A stretch of DNA of 64,000 bases from Patescibacteria group bacterium (GCA_018969615.1 JAGWYA010000002.1:3070-67069); one strand, 5' to 3'; positions 54,740 through 64,000 are shown, counted from the stretch's first letter. Numbers and translations are program-made. The notes: a model not told the origin generated them from the letters alone.

Positions 54740-57273
54740 CGCCCGCCGCACCTCAAGCCGTATTTTCAGAACCGCGTTTCCGGATGACGCACGGCGGCCG
54801 CCTGTTGGTCCGGGTCATTTTCTATATCGGATATGCGCTTACGCTGGTCGCTGCGGCGATCTTCTTGCTCTCCGATGTTAAATGGATCTTTTGGACCGGG
54901 GTCTTGCTCGCGCTTTTTATCATCGACCATATCAAACATTACGGCCAGGCGCGCCGGTCGCTCCGTGAAGCGCCCGGACCGAACGCGAACCTTGCGGATT
55001 ATTTGAATCCCGCGAGTTTCGGCGTACTGGAATATTCGTTCGAGCGGAGCCTGCTCGTCGGCGGGAACTTCTATCTGTTCCTGATGAAGAAACTTTTGGA
55101 GCGGAAGAACATCCGCGCCGGCTTGGTGCGCATGGATATCAACGTGCAGGAGGTCGCCGATAAAGTGGAGGCGCTTTTGAAAGAAAGCCTTGCGGATCCG
55201 AAGTTCCGGACGAACAGCGCCGAGCGCAAGCAGAAGCTCTTGGGGGAGATCGAAAAGATCGTCGCGCTCGCCTCGCAGCAGGCGCTTGCCGCGGATAATC
55301 GCTTCATCGAACCGAAAGACATCTTCGCGGCGCTCAGTTATTGCGACAGTACGGCGGTTTTGCGGGTGTTGCAGCTTTTCGGCGTCGATCCGGGCGATCT
55401 GGAAAAAGCCCTGATCTTCGGCCGGTACCGGAAGTCCGGGCTGTTCCGCCAGCTGCCGGGAACGATCGGAGGCTTTGTTTATAAATCGTACAAGGTGCGC
55501 CACCGCGTGATGAACCGGGCATGGAGCGCGCGGCCGACGCCGCTGCTGGACCAGTACAGCGAGGACCTGACCGATTTTGCGCGGCTGGGAGAGGTCGGCT
55601 TTTTGATCGGCCACCGGGAGGAATATGAGCGGATGGTCGACATCTTGTCGCGTCCGTCCAAGCCGAACGTATTACTGGTCGGCGAGCCGGGTGTCGGAAA
55701 AGAAGCGCTCGTGACCCATTTGGCCTATAAGATCTCCAAGGACGAGGTTCCGGCCGAGCTGTTCGATAAGCGGTTGGTCTTGCTCCGCATCGGGAGCCTG
55801 ATGGCGGGCGCGGGGAACGCCGGCGAGATCCAGGCGCGGGTGACGCGGATCGTGGAGGAGATCGTCCAGGCGGGGAATATCATCCTGTATTTCCCGGATA
55901 TCCATAATCTGTTGAAGACCTCCGATAAGTCGGGCGTGAACGCGGCGGATATCTTTTTGCCGGCGTTCTCATCCAGTGCCTTCTCGCTGATCGGCGCGAC
56001 CTATCCGAAAGAGTACAAGCAGACGCTCGAGCCGCAGGCGGATTTTGTCGAGGTGTTCGAGAACATTCCGGTTGAAGAGATCACGATCGATGAAGCGACG
56101 ACGCTCCTGGTGTACGACAGCATTATTTTGGAGCGGCAGTTCGGCATTACGATCACCTTCGGCGCGGCAAAACAGGCGGTCCAGCTCGCTTCGAAATATT
56201 TCCGCGATAAATTATTGCCGTCCAGCGCCGAGGACCTTTTGAAAGAAGCGCTGTCCGATGCGAAAGGGAAGAATGAGAAGATGCTCGACAGCGATGCGGT
56301 CATCGATGTCGCGCAGCGGCGCGTGACGATCCCGTTGCGCCAGGCGAAAGCGGCGGAAGCGGAGAAGCTTCTGCATATGGAGGACATCATCCATGAACGC
56401 CTCGTGGACCAGGAGGAAGCGGTCAAGGCGGTTTCCGAAGCATTGCGGGAATACCGGAGCGGTCTTTCGCGCAAAGGAGGACCGATCGCGACGTTCCTGT
56501 TCGTCGGGCCGACCGGCGTCGGTAAAACGGAGCTTTCCAAGATCCTGGCGAACATCCAGTTCGGATCGGAGGATGCGATGGTCCGCTTCGACATGTCCGA
56601 ATATCAGGACAAGCAGAGCGTGTTCCGCTTTATCGGGTCTCCGGACGGTGCGGTCAGCGGCGAACTGACCGATGCGATCCTGAAGAAGCCGTACTGCCTC
56701 GTGCTGCTCGATGAGTTTGAAAAAGCGCATCCGGATATCCTGAACCTGTTCCTGCAGGTGTTCGACGACGGACGTCTGACCGACAACATGGGCCGGACGG
56801 CTGATTTCCAGAACACGATCATCATCGCGACCAGCAACGCGAACTCGGACTTTATTAAGTCATCCATCGAAGCGGGGAAGACCATGGCGGACATCAGCGA
56901 CGAAGTGAAGAAAAAACTGACCGAGACGTTCCGTCCCGAGCTGGTGAACCGTTTTTCCGGCATCATCGCGTTCAAGGACCTTTCCAAAGATGATACCTTC
57001 GCGATCGCGAAGATCCTATTGAGCGACCTGGCGAACGATGTGAATGAAAAACAGGGGATCCGGATGCAGTTCTCGGACGATGCGGTGCGGCAGATCGCGA
57101 CATGGGGATATGATCCGGTCTTTGGCGCCCGTCCGTTGCGTGAGGTGATCTCGAACAAGGTCCGGAGCGTGCTTGCGGAAAAGATCCTCCGCGGAGAAGT
57201 ACAAAAAGGCGGGAATCTGGTAATATCTATAGAGGGCGGAGAACTGAAGTTCGACTCCCACGATGATTTTTAA
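54736..57273 (+). CDS. ClpA/ClpC-like AAA+ ATPase with N-terminal TM hairpin
   Basis: D1 GEPGVGKE with degenerate Walker B (YFPDIH); D2 GPTGVGKT, RFDMSEY, LLDEFEKAH, FRPELVNR, FGARPL. Confidence 0.9.
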   Translation: MTPAAPQAVFSEPRFRMTHGGRLLVRVIFYIGYALTLVAAAIFLLSDVKWIFWTGVLLALFIIDHIKHYGQARRSLREAPGPNANLADYLNPASFGVLEYSFERSLLVGGNFYLFLMKKLLERKNIRAGLVRMDINVQEVADKVEALLKESLADPKFRTNSAERKQKLLGEIEKIVALASQQALAADNRFIEPKDIFAALSYCDSTAVLRVLQLFGVDPGDLEKALIFGRYRKSGLFRQLPGTIGGFVYKSYKVRHRVMNRAWSARPTPLLDQYSEDLTDFARLGEVGFLIGHREEYERMVDILSRPSKPNVLLVGEPGVGKEALVTHLAYKISKDEVPAELFDKRLVLLRIGSLMAGAGNAGEIQARVTRIVEEIVQAGNIILYFPDIHNLLKTSDKSGVNAADIFLPAFSSSAFSLIGATYPKEYKQTLEPQADFVEVFENIPVEEITIDEATTLLVYDSIILERQFGITITFGAAKQAVQLASKYFRDKLLPSSAEDLLKEALSDAKGKNEKMLDSDAVIDVAQRRVTIPLRQAKAAEAEKLLHMEDIIHERLVDQEEAVKAVSEALREYRSGLSRKGGPIATFLFVGPTGVGKTELSKILANIQFGSEDAMVRFDMSEYQDKQSVFRFIGSPDGAVSGELTDAILKKPYCLVLLDEFEKAHPDILNLFLQVFDDGRLTDNMGRTADFQNTIIIATSNANSDFIKSSIEAGKTMADISDEVKKKLTETFRPELVNRFSGIIAFKDLSKDDTFAIAKILLSDLANDVNEKQGIRMQFSDDAVRQIATWGYDPVFGARPLREVISNKVRSVLAEKILRGEVQKGGNLVISIEGGELKFDSHDDF

Positions 57274-57285
57274 CGAATACGAACT

Positions 57286-57939
57286 ATGAAGATCAAGATC
57301 GATGTCAGTTTAAATGTAGGCAAAGTGGTCAAGACGCTCGTCCTTTCCGATTTCATACTCATGGCGGGATGGGGATTTATCTCGCCGATGTTTTCGGTGT
57401 TCATTGTGAACAAGATCGCCGGCGCGACCCTGGCGACGGTCGGTATCACGACCGCCTTGTATTGGTTGCTCCGCTCGCTCATCCAGCTTCCGATCGCGAA
57501 TTACCTTGATCGCTCTGAGGCGGAAAAAGATGATTTTTATGCGCTTATTTTTGCATTGATCCTGGCGGGCATCTCCGCGTTCGGCTACACCGTCGTCCGC
57601 ACCGTCCCGCAGCTGTATTTCTTCCAGGTGCTTCAGGCGATCGCGTTCGGGATCTACACGCCGTCTTGGTCAGGGATCTTTTCAAGGCATTTGGACGAGA
57701 AGCGCAGGTCTTTCGATTACTCACTGGATAGCACTGCGATTGGGGTCTCTTCCGGTGTCGCGGGACTTCTTGGCGGCCTTATCAGCCAGCGATTCGGATT
57801 TAATGCGATCTTTGTTCTGGGCGGCACCTTATCGCTGTTCGCGGCGTTTGTGGTGATCACGTTCCCGAAATTGATCATTCCGCCAAAGGTATCGAATGTG
57901 ACCGAAATGCGCGATCATCGCCCGCCGGCGACCGGATAG
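57286..57939 (+). CDS. Half-size (6-TM) MFS-like transporter
   Basis: Six hydrophobic helices; motif-A-like PIANYLDR; GLLGGLISQRFGF. Confidence 0.75.
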   Translation: MKIKIDVSLNVGKVVKTLVLSDFILMAGWGFISPMFSVFIVNKIAGATLATVGITTALYWLLRSLIQLPIANYLDRSEAEKDDFYALIFALILAGISAFGYTVVRTVPQLYFFQVLQAIAFGIYTPSWSGIFSRHLDEKRRSFDYSLDSTAIGVSSGVAGLLGGLISQRFGFNAIFVLGGTLSLFAAFVVITFPKLIIPPKVSNVTEMRDHRPPATG

Positions 57940-57961
57940 CGTTCATAGCGTATAAAGAAAT

Positions 57962-57995
57962 AAAAAACACCCCGACTTCGGTCGGGGTGTTGTTT
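57962..57995. terminator. Bidirectional terminator with UUCG loop
   Basis: aacaccccgac-ttcg-gtcggggtgtt between convergent genes. Confidence 0.8.
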
Positions 57996-57997
57996 CG

Positions 57998-58639
57998 TTA
58001 AGGGACTTTGATCAACTGGGAAGGATCGAGCTTCGGCGGGCTGATCATATTGCCGAACACGCGGAGGAACGAGCTCTGCCGGTCCGCGGTCTTGATCGGC
58101 GTCCGGTTCAGATCGATGCCGGCGACCTCATCGATGCCGGTCTTATCGTTCTTCCGGAAGATGATCGTCAGTTGAGTGTCGACGCCTCGGCTGCAGGTAT
58201 CGAAGTTATTGACGTAGGCGAGCTCGCGGTCGGTTCTCAGTTGACGCCAATTCGCATGGCATCGGATCGCCGAGTACTGCCGCTTGCTGTCCATTGCCGT
58301 CTGGATGCTCGACTCGGGGATGATGGAGCTTCCCAGAATGAGCTGGGACGCTTCGATCCAGCCGACCGCATCGCACGGATGCGAGACGGAGGTCTCGGTG
58401 GTGAAACCGAGTCCCATGACCGTTTCTTTGGTCATGCCGTCCTTCAGCTTCAGCGCCGCTTCCCCGAACTCCTTGGGGTCGTTATGGAACGCACCCTGGA
58501 CGTCGATGCTCTTCTGGTCGTTCTTCCAGATGGAACGTTTGTTCCACTGATCGGCGGACGGACACCGCAGCGGCGCGGAAGCGCACGCCGAAGCGCCGAT
58601 AGCGTACAGGACGATCGCGAGAGTCTGTCGTATGGACAT
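57998..58639 (-). CDS. Putative lipoprotein
   Basis: MSIRQTLAIVLYAIGASAC lipobox-like signal; GAGGG RBS; TTGACA-18-TATAGT upstream. Confidence 0.7.
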   Translation of the reverse strand: MSIRQTLAIVLYAIGASACASAPLRCPSADQWNKRSIWKNDQKSIDVQGAFHNDPKEFGEAALKLKDGMTKETVMGLGFTTETSVSHPCDAVGWIEASQLILGSSIIPESSIQTAMDSKRQYSAIRCHANWRQLRTDRELAYVNNFDTCSRGVDTQLTIIFRKNDKTGIDEVAGIDLNRTPIKTADRQSSFLRVFGNMISPPKLDPSQLIKVP

Positions 58640-58761
58640 TTTCCCTCTTTCGGTATGTAAGTTACTGCATCCACTATAGGGTTTTTTGAGGGGCGGTGTC
58701 AATGAAAAAAAATATGCGCTCTGCATGCGCCTGAGGGGGTGCGGCGGTATACTAAAAGGGT

Positions 58762-60486
58762 ATGGTGAACGACGAAATTGCCCGCCTTTTGCGGGAGATC
58801 GCGATCTATCTCGAGATGGATGATGTTCCATTCCGGCCGCGCGCTTATGAGAAGGCGAGCGAGGGTGTTTTAGGCTCCGATGAGGACATGAAAGAGGTTT
58901 ATGCCCGGGGCGGGCTCAAAGCGCTGGAACAGGTACCGGCGGTGGGTGTTTCGATCGCGGAAAAGATCGAGGAATTTTTGAAGACGGGAAGGATCGCCTA
59001 TCACGACGAGCTGAAGAAAAAGGTCCCGGTGGAGCTTGGCGAGTTTGCGGGCATCGAAGGGATCGGCCCGAAGACCCTGAAGACGCTCTATCAGAAATTG
59101 AAGGTCAGGAACCTTGCCGATCTTGAGAAGGCGGCGCAGCAGGGGAAGATCAAAAAGCTTCCGGGCTTCGGTCCGAAAAGCGAAGAGAATATTCTGCAGG
59201 GGATCGCGTTCGTCCGCCGTTCGGGCGGCCGTTTCGTGCTCGGCCAGGTGATGCCGGAGATCGAACTGATCCGGGAGCGCCTGGGCGTGCTTGCCGGTGT
59301 GGAAAGCGTGACGGTGGCGGGATCGGTGCGCCGAAGAAAGGATACGGTCGGCGATGCGGACCTGTTAGTCATCGCGAAGAAGCCGAAGCCGGTGATGGAC
59401 TATTTTGTTGCGATGCCCGAGGTGGTCCAGGTCCATGCGCACGGCGAGACGAAATCGTCCGTGAAGCTCAAGAACGGGATGGATGTCGATGTGCGGATCG
59501 TGCCGAAGGAATCCTACGGCGCGGCGCTGAACTATTTTACCGGATCGAAGGACCATAACGTCGCGCTCCGCGAGCTTGCGATCAAAAAGGGATGGAAGCT
59601 GAACGAATACGGCCTGTTCGCGGGAACGAAGCGGATCGCGGGCAAGACCGAGGACGAGGTGTACCGGAAGCTGGGATTGCGCTATATCGAGCCGGAACTG
59701 CGGGAAATGACCGGCGAACTGGAGGCGGCGCGGAAGAACGCGCTTCCGGACCTGATCCCGTACGGATCGCTCCGAGGTGATCTCCAGGTGCAGACGGATT
59801 GGACGGACGGCGACGCTTCGATCGAGGAGATGGCGCAGACTGCGATCAAGGCGGGCTTGGACTATATCGTGATCACCGACCACACGAAGCGCCTGGCGAT
59901 GACGCACGGATTGGATGCCAAGCGGATCAAGCAGCAATGGGCCGAGATCGACCGCGTGAACGCGGCGCTCAAGAAGAAAGGAAAGAAGTTCACGATCTTG
60001 AAAGGGACCGAGTGCGATATTTTGAAGGACGGAACGATGGACCTTCCGGACGAGATCCTCGCGCAATGCGATGTGGTCGGCGGATCGGTGCATTCGCTGT
60101 TCAATCTGCCCGAGAAGGAACAGACCGCCCGGATCATGCGGGCAATGAGCAACCCGCACGTGGATATCATCTTCCATCCGACCGGCCGGGTGCTCAACAA
60201 GCGCGAAGCGTATGCCGTGAACATGCCCGAGCTGATCCGTCATGCGAAAAAGACGGGAACGGTCCTGGAGATCGATGCGTACCCGGATCGCGCGGACCTG
60301 AAAGCGGAGCATATCCGCCTGTGCGTGGAAGCTGGCGTGAAGATGTCCATTGATTCCGATGCGCATGCGCCGGCGCATATCCAGTTCCTCGACTACGGCG
60401 TCGCGCAGGCGCGCCGGGGCTGGGCCGGAAAGAAGGATATCATCAACGCGTGGCCGCTCGAAAAGATGCTGAAAATGTTGAAATAG
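58762..60486 (+). CDS. polX: DNA polymerase X / PHP domain protein
   Basis: FRPRAY, HhH repeats, AGSVRR, GDADL, DVR, YFTGSKDHN, LNEYGLF, PELRE; PHP TDH, DSDAH. Confidence 0.95.
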   Translation: MVNDEIARLLREIAIYLEMDDVPFRPRAYEKASEGVLGSDEDMKEVYARGGLKALEQVPAVGVSIAEKIEEFLKTGRIAYHDELKKKVPVELGEFAGIEGIGPKTLKTLYQKLKVRNLADLEKAAQQGKIKKLPGFGPKSEENILQGIAFVRRSGGRFVLGQVMPEIELIRERLGVLAGVESVTVAGSVRRRKDTVGDADLLVIAKKPKPVMDYFVAMPEVVQVHAHGETKSSVKLKNGMDVDVRIVPKESYGAALNYFTGSKDHNVALRELAIKKGWKLNEYGLFAGTKRIAGKTEDEVYRKLGLRYIEPELREMTGELEAARKNALPDLIPYGSLRGDLQVQTDWTDGDASIEEMAQTAIKAGLDYIVITDHTKRLAMTHGLDAKRIKQQWAEIDRVNAALKKKGKKFTILKGTECDILKDGTMDLPDEILAQCDVVGGSVHSLFNLPEKEQTARIMRAMSNPHVDIIFHPTGRVLNKREAYAVNMPELIRHAKKTGTVLEIDAYPDRADLKAEHIRLCVEAGVKMSIDSDAHAPAHIQFLDYGVAQARRGWAGKKDIINAWPLEKMLKMLK

Positions 60487-60557
60487 AGATCCTGGACAAG
60501 CTTGTTTTAGTTCTGGTATCGTGGGAACAGTTCATCCTATTGGAATACGAGGGTCTT

Positions 60558-60932
60558 ATGAAGAAACGAAAACGTTTTGAACGCCATTTCGAAGCGTTCA
60601 TGACGCTCGCTGAGCAGTGGAAGCTTTCCGAGAAAGAACGTCGGCAGCTCTTGAACATTAAGTCTGAGAGAACCTTCTTGTCGTTCGCGACCGGAAAGGA
60701 AGCTCCACCGGCCGAGGTTCTGACTCGCATGCATTACTGCATGCAGATCTATCGCGCATTGCATATCCTTCTTCCGTCGTATACTTCGGCGAACGATTGG
60801 ATCCATGCGGCGAACAAAGCCCCGCTCTTCCAAAGGACTGGTTATAAGACCGCGCTTGAAGCGATGCTTTCCGATAATATTCGCGATCTGAAGACCGTCC
60901 ACGACTATCTTCTTGCACAGTTGCATGCATGA
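60558..60932 (+). CDS. Xre/MbcA/ParS-like antitoxin (DUF2384-type), orphan
   Basis: F...AEQW.LS...LL, R......IYRALHILL, A.DWI...N.APLF, L..M....DL..V..YL. Confidence 0.75.
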   Translation: MKKRKRFERHFEAFMTLAEQWKLSEKERRQLLNIKSERTFLSFATGKEAPPAEVLTRMHYCMQIYRALHILLPSYTSANDWIHAANKAPLFQRTGYKTALEAMLSDNIRDLKTVHDYLLAQLHA

Positions 60933-60936
60933 GATC

Positions 60937-60970
60937 AAGCCTCTTCACCGTATGGTGAAGAGGCTTTTTT
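60937..60970 (+). terminator. Intrinsic terminator
   Basis: aagcctcttcacc-gtat-ggtgaagaggctt followed by T run. Confidence 0.8.
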
Positions 60971-61007
60971 ATTGTCTTTCGCCCTCCCGCGGGAGTAGAA
61001 TACCAAT

Positions 61008-61739
61008 ATGCAAAAGAAGCTTAAGGCGATGCCGGTATCGCGGCGCGCGGCAAAACAAAAGGTGGCGATCTTCGACATCGACGGAACGATCTTCCGCTCG
61101 AGCCTTTTGATCGAGCTGACCGATGCGATGATCCAGGAGGGGATCTTTCCGAAAAAAGCGGGCATGGCCTATGCGAAGTCGTACAAGAACTGGCTGGACC
61201 GGAAGGATATCTATGACAAATATGTCTGGGACGTGATCGTTTCGTTCGAGAAGAACATCCGCGGCGTGCCGGTGAAGGAATTTTTGAGAATGGGAAAGAC
61301 GGTGACCGCGTTTCATCACAATCGCGTGTACCGCTATACCCGGGACCTCGTGAAGGACCTGCGCCGCAGAGGTTATTTCATTTTGGCGATCTCGCATTCG
61401 CCGAAGGTGATGGTGAGCGAGTTCTGCAAGAGTTTGGGCTTTGATAAGGTGTACGGCCGCATCTATGAAGTCGACGTGAAAGGGAAGCTGACCGGCAAGA
61501 CGCTCGAGCCGGAGGTGATCGCGGACAAGGCGAAGGTTTTGAAGCGCGTGATCAAAAAAGAGAATCTGACGCTCCGCGGTTCCATCGGCGTGGGCGATTC
61601 CGAGTCCGATATCCGGTTCCTGCGGATGGTGGACAAGCCGATCTGCTTCAATCCGAACGCGAAGCTGTACAAGCACGCGCACCGCGCCGGCTGGACCGTG
61701 GTCGTCGAGCGCAAGGACGTGATCTATACGCTGGATTAA
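61008..61739 (+). CDS. HAD-IB family phosphatase (SerB-like)
   Basis: FDIDGT, IS, K, GDSESD, FNP motifs. Confidence 0.9.
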   Translation: MQKKLKAMPVSRRAAKQKVAIFDIDGTIFRSSLLIELTDAMIQEGIFPKKAGMAYAKSYKNWLDRKDIYDKYVWDVIVSFEKNIRGVPVKEFLRMGKTVTAFHHNRVYRYTRDLVKDLRRRGYFILAISHSPKVMVSEFCKSLGFDKVYGRIYEVDVKGKLTGKTLEPEVIADKAKVLKRVIKKENLTLRGSIGVGDSESDIRFLRMVDKPICFNPNAKLYKHAHRAGWTVVVERKDVIYTLD

Positions 61740-61746
61740 TTTTTAT

Positions 61747-63234
61747 ATGCTCGTTTCAAAAACCGATTACATTCTCTACCGGGAATGTCCTAAAAATACA
61801 TGGATGAAGGTCCATCAGCCGGATATTTATTATGCGGAGGAGCTTTCGTCCTTTGAAAAGCACATTATCGAGACCGGAAACGAAGTGGAAGCCGAGGCGC
61901 GGAAGATCTTCGATGACGGCATCCTGATCGAAGGCCGCGGCGAGGAAGCGCAGAAGATGACGGAGAAACTGCTCGCCGAAAAGAAGGCGACCTTGTTCCA
62001 GCCGGTGTTCATCAAGGACGGATTCATGGCCGCCGTCGATATCCTGAAATACGACGCGGACACGGACAGCTACCGCATCTATGAGATCAAAGCGTCCAAT
62101 GAAGCCGATAAGAACCGCCATTATTACGATCTTGCGTTCCAGGTGAACCTTCTGCGCCGCTGCGGGCTGAACGTCGCCGTCGCAAGCATTATGCATTTGA
62201 ACCCGGAGTATGTCCGCTCGGGCGCGCTGGACCTGAACGAGCTTTTTAAGAGCGACGACATCACGGCGGAGATCAATGCCCTCCAGGAAGAGGTTGCGGC
62301 GGAAATGGAGCAGGCGAAAGCGTATCTGGCGGCCGAAGCGGAGCCGGCCGGCCCGTGCTGCTGCATCTATAAGGGCCGTTCCAATCACTGCACGACCTTC
62401 AGCCATTCCAACGGCCATGTGCCGAAGTACGGCGTGCACGACATCACCCGCATCGGGCTCAGCAAGAAGAAGCTCAAAGCGCTCATCGACAGCGAGGTTT
62501 TTCATCTCCATGAAGTGCCGGACGATTTCGAGCTTTCCGACGCTCAGCGGAACCAGGTGGATGCGTATAAGATGGATACGGTCCTGATGCACAAAGGACA
62601 GATCGGCGAAGAGCTCGAGAAGCTGGCCTATCCGCTGTATTTCATCGACTATGAGACCTTCCCGTCCGCGATCCCGCTCTTTGACGGATTCTCGCCGTAC
62701 CAGCAGATCCCGTTCCAGTTCTCGCTCTATACCCAGGACGCGCCGGGCGGCGAATTAAAGCATAGCGAATTTTTGTATGAACAGCAGGCGGACCCGAGCG
62801 GGGCGTTCGCGGCCGCGATGCAGGAGATGATCGGCCCGAAGGGGAGCGTGATCGTCTGGAGCAAGAAGTTCGAATGCACGATCAATAAGCAGATCGCCGA
62901 GCGCGTGCCGGAGGCGAAAGCGTTCCTCGATGACGTCAATGCGCGCGTGTACGATCTGATGGACGCGTTCTCGAAACAGCACTATGTCCACAAGGATTTC
63001 AAAGGAAGCACCTCCATCAAGAAAGTGCTCCCGGTCATGGCGCCGGAACTGTCCTATAAAGAGCTCGCGATCCGCGAAGGCGGCGCCGCGGCGTCCAGCT
63101 GGATCAAGCTCGTCGGCACCGCCCTGACCCCGCCCGAAAAAGAGAAGCTCAAAGAGGATATGCTTGCCTACTGCAAAATGGACACCTGGGCGATGGTCCG
63201 GATCCTGCAAGAATTAGAAAAGGTCATAAAATAA
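61747..63234 (+). CDS. DUF2779 domain protein (PD-(D/E)xK nuclease-like N-domain plus RNase H-like domain)
   Basis: CPK..W, VDIL...YEIKAS, DLAFQ, YPLYFIDYET, PYQQIPFQFS, GSTSIKKVLP, YCKMDT. Confidence 0.8.
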   Translation: MLVSKTDYILYRECPKNTWMKVHQPDIYYAEELSSFEKHIIETGNEVEAEARKIFDDGILIEGRGEEAQKMTEKLLAEKKATLFQPVFIKDGFMAAVDILKYDADTDSYRIYEIKASNEADKNRHYYDLAFQVNLLRRCGLNVAVASIMHLNPEYVRSGALDLNELFKSDDITAEINALQEEVAAEMEQAKAYLAAEAEPAGPCCCIYKGRSNHCTTFSHSNGHVPKYGVHDITRIGLSKKKLKALIDSEVFHLHEVPDDFELSDAQRNQVDAYKMDTVLMHKGQIGEELEKLAYPLYFIDYETFPSAIPLFDGFSPYQQIPFQFSLYTQDAPGGELKHSEFLYEQQADPSGAFAAAMQEMIGPKGSVIVWSKKFECTINKQIAERVPEAKAFLDDVNARVYDLMDAFSKQHYVHKDFKGSTSIKKVLPVMAPELSYKELAIREGGAAASSWIKLVGTALTPPEKEKLKEDMLAYCKMDTWAMVRILQELEKVIK

Positions 63235-63258
63235 ACGAATTGCTTTTCGTTCCGGTTT

Positions 63259-63339
63259 TGTTAGAATTGATGCATATCCATCGAGATCTACGGCTCTCGC
63301 GGAAGAAGTAATTGTCATGAGCCGTAAGGCTCATTTTTT
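63259..63339 (+). promoter_or_regulatory. radC promoter and structured leader
   Basis: TGtTAGAAT extended -10; hairpin atgagcc-gtaa-ggctcat plus T run just before ATG. Confidence 0.5.
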
Positions 63340-64000
63340 ATGAAAATAAAAGACCTGGCGAAAGTGGACCGACCCCGTGAGAAGCTCGTGAAATACGGTC
63401 CGGGGAAACTGAAAGACGCCGAGCTTCTGGCGATCCTGTTGGGGACGGGAACAAAAGGCGTGAACGTCGTGGAGCTTTCGCAGAAAATAATAAGGCGATT
63501 TGATGAGGGCAAGCTGGCAAACGCCTCAGTGCAAGAATTGCGCGAAGTTTCCGGTCTGGGAACCGCAAAAGCGGCGGAGATTGTCTCTTGTTTTGAACTC
63601 GGGCGTCGTTTTCTTCATGAGAAGCGATCGGCGCTGATCCTTTCGCCGCGAGACGTTTGGGAGGAACTGAAAGATATCCGAAGCGGCAAGAAGGAGCATT
63701 TTATCATTCTCTTTCTTGATACGCGGAATCAGGAGATCCGCCGGGAGACGATCTCCGTCGGATCGTTAAACGCGAGCCTCGTGCATCCGCGGGAGGTGTT
63801 CGAGCCCGCCATCCAGCATCTGGCGGCGCACATTATCGTCGCGCACAACCATCCGTCAGGAAACACCGAACCTTCGGACGAGGACGTCGCCATCACGCGC
63901 CGGCTTGCCGAAGCCGGCGCGCTCCTCGGTATCGAGCTGCTCGACCACGTGATCGTGGCTTCGTCCGGATTTACGAGCCTGAAGGAAAGGGGATTAATAT
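63340..64000 (+). CDS. radC: RadC (HhH + JAB/MPN domain) protein, stop just beyond window
   Basis: Read directly, absent from ORF track: MKIKDL..DRPREKL...ELLAILLGTG, GLGTAKA, EHF, VHPREVF, AHNHPSG..PSDED, LLDHVI. Confidence 0.95.
   Translation, partial: MKIKDLAKVDRPREKLVKYGPGKLKDAELLAILLGTGTKGVNVVELSQKIIRRFDEGKLANASVQELREVSGLGTAKAAEIVSCFELGRRFLHEKRSALILSPRDVWEELKDIRSGKKEHFIILFLDTRNQEIRRETISVGSLNASLVHPREVFEPAIQHLAAHIIVAHNHPSGNTEPSDEDVAITRRLAEAGALLGIELLDHVIVASSGFTSLKERGLI

Overview
A chromosomal window spanning the replication origin of what looks like a Patescibacteria (CPR/Parcubacteria-like) bacterium. The lineage is inferred from gene content and compact gene forms, not from a marker search. 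The core is jag-yidC-rnpA-rpmH <- oriC -> dnaA-dnaN, with many DNA repair and replication genes (uvrD/pcrA, ruvA/B/C, uvrB, a split polA, holA, polX, radC, comM), pnp, ksgA, tsaE, rpsT, a Mur ligase, PBP1A, a PilB/GspE ATPase and tRNA-Arg(CCG). A ~12 kb VirB4/PrgI/VirB6/pilin T4SS-like cluster without relaxase or coupling protein lies next to the origin. The most unusual signals are in short non-annotated DNA. (1) Inverted arrays of GAATNNN heptamers exactly frame a four-helix-bundle gene and recur empty as an in-frame insertion in uvrD and at the tsaE/exonuclease junction. (2) Seven long hairpins have unrelated ~22-28 bp stems but share a 13-14 nt loop (RTAAGAMCCCR or GTAAGWATTTCAAT). (3) A nested inverted-repeat element carries an inverted copy of the 3' end of a host gene. 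Many core genes also look leaderless, while orphan genes carry Shine-Dalgarno sites. All calls are by eye; no searches or folding programs were run.
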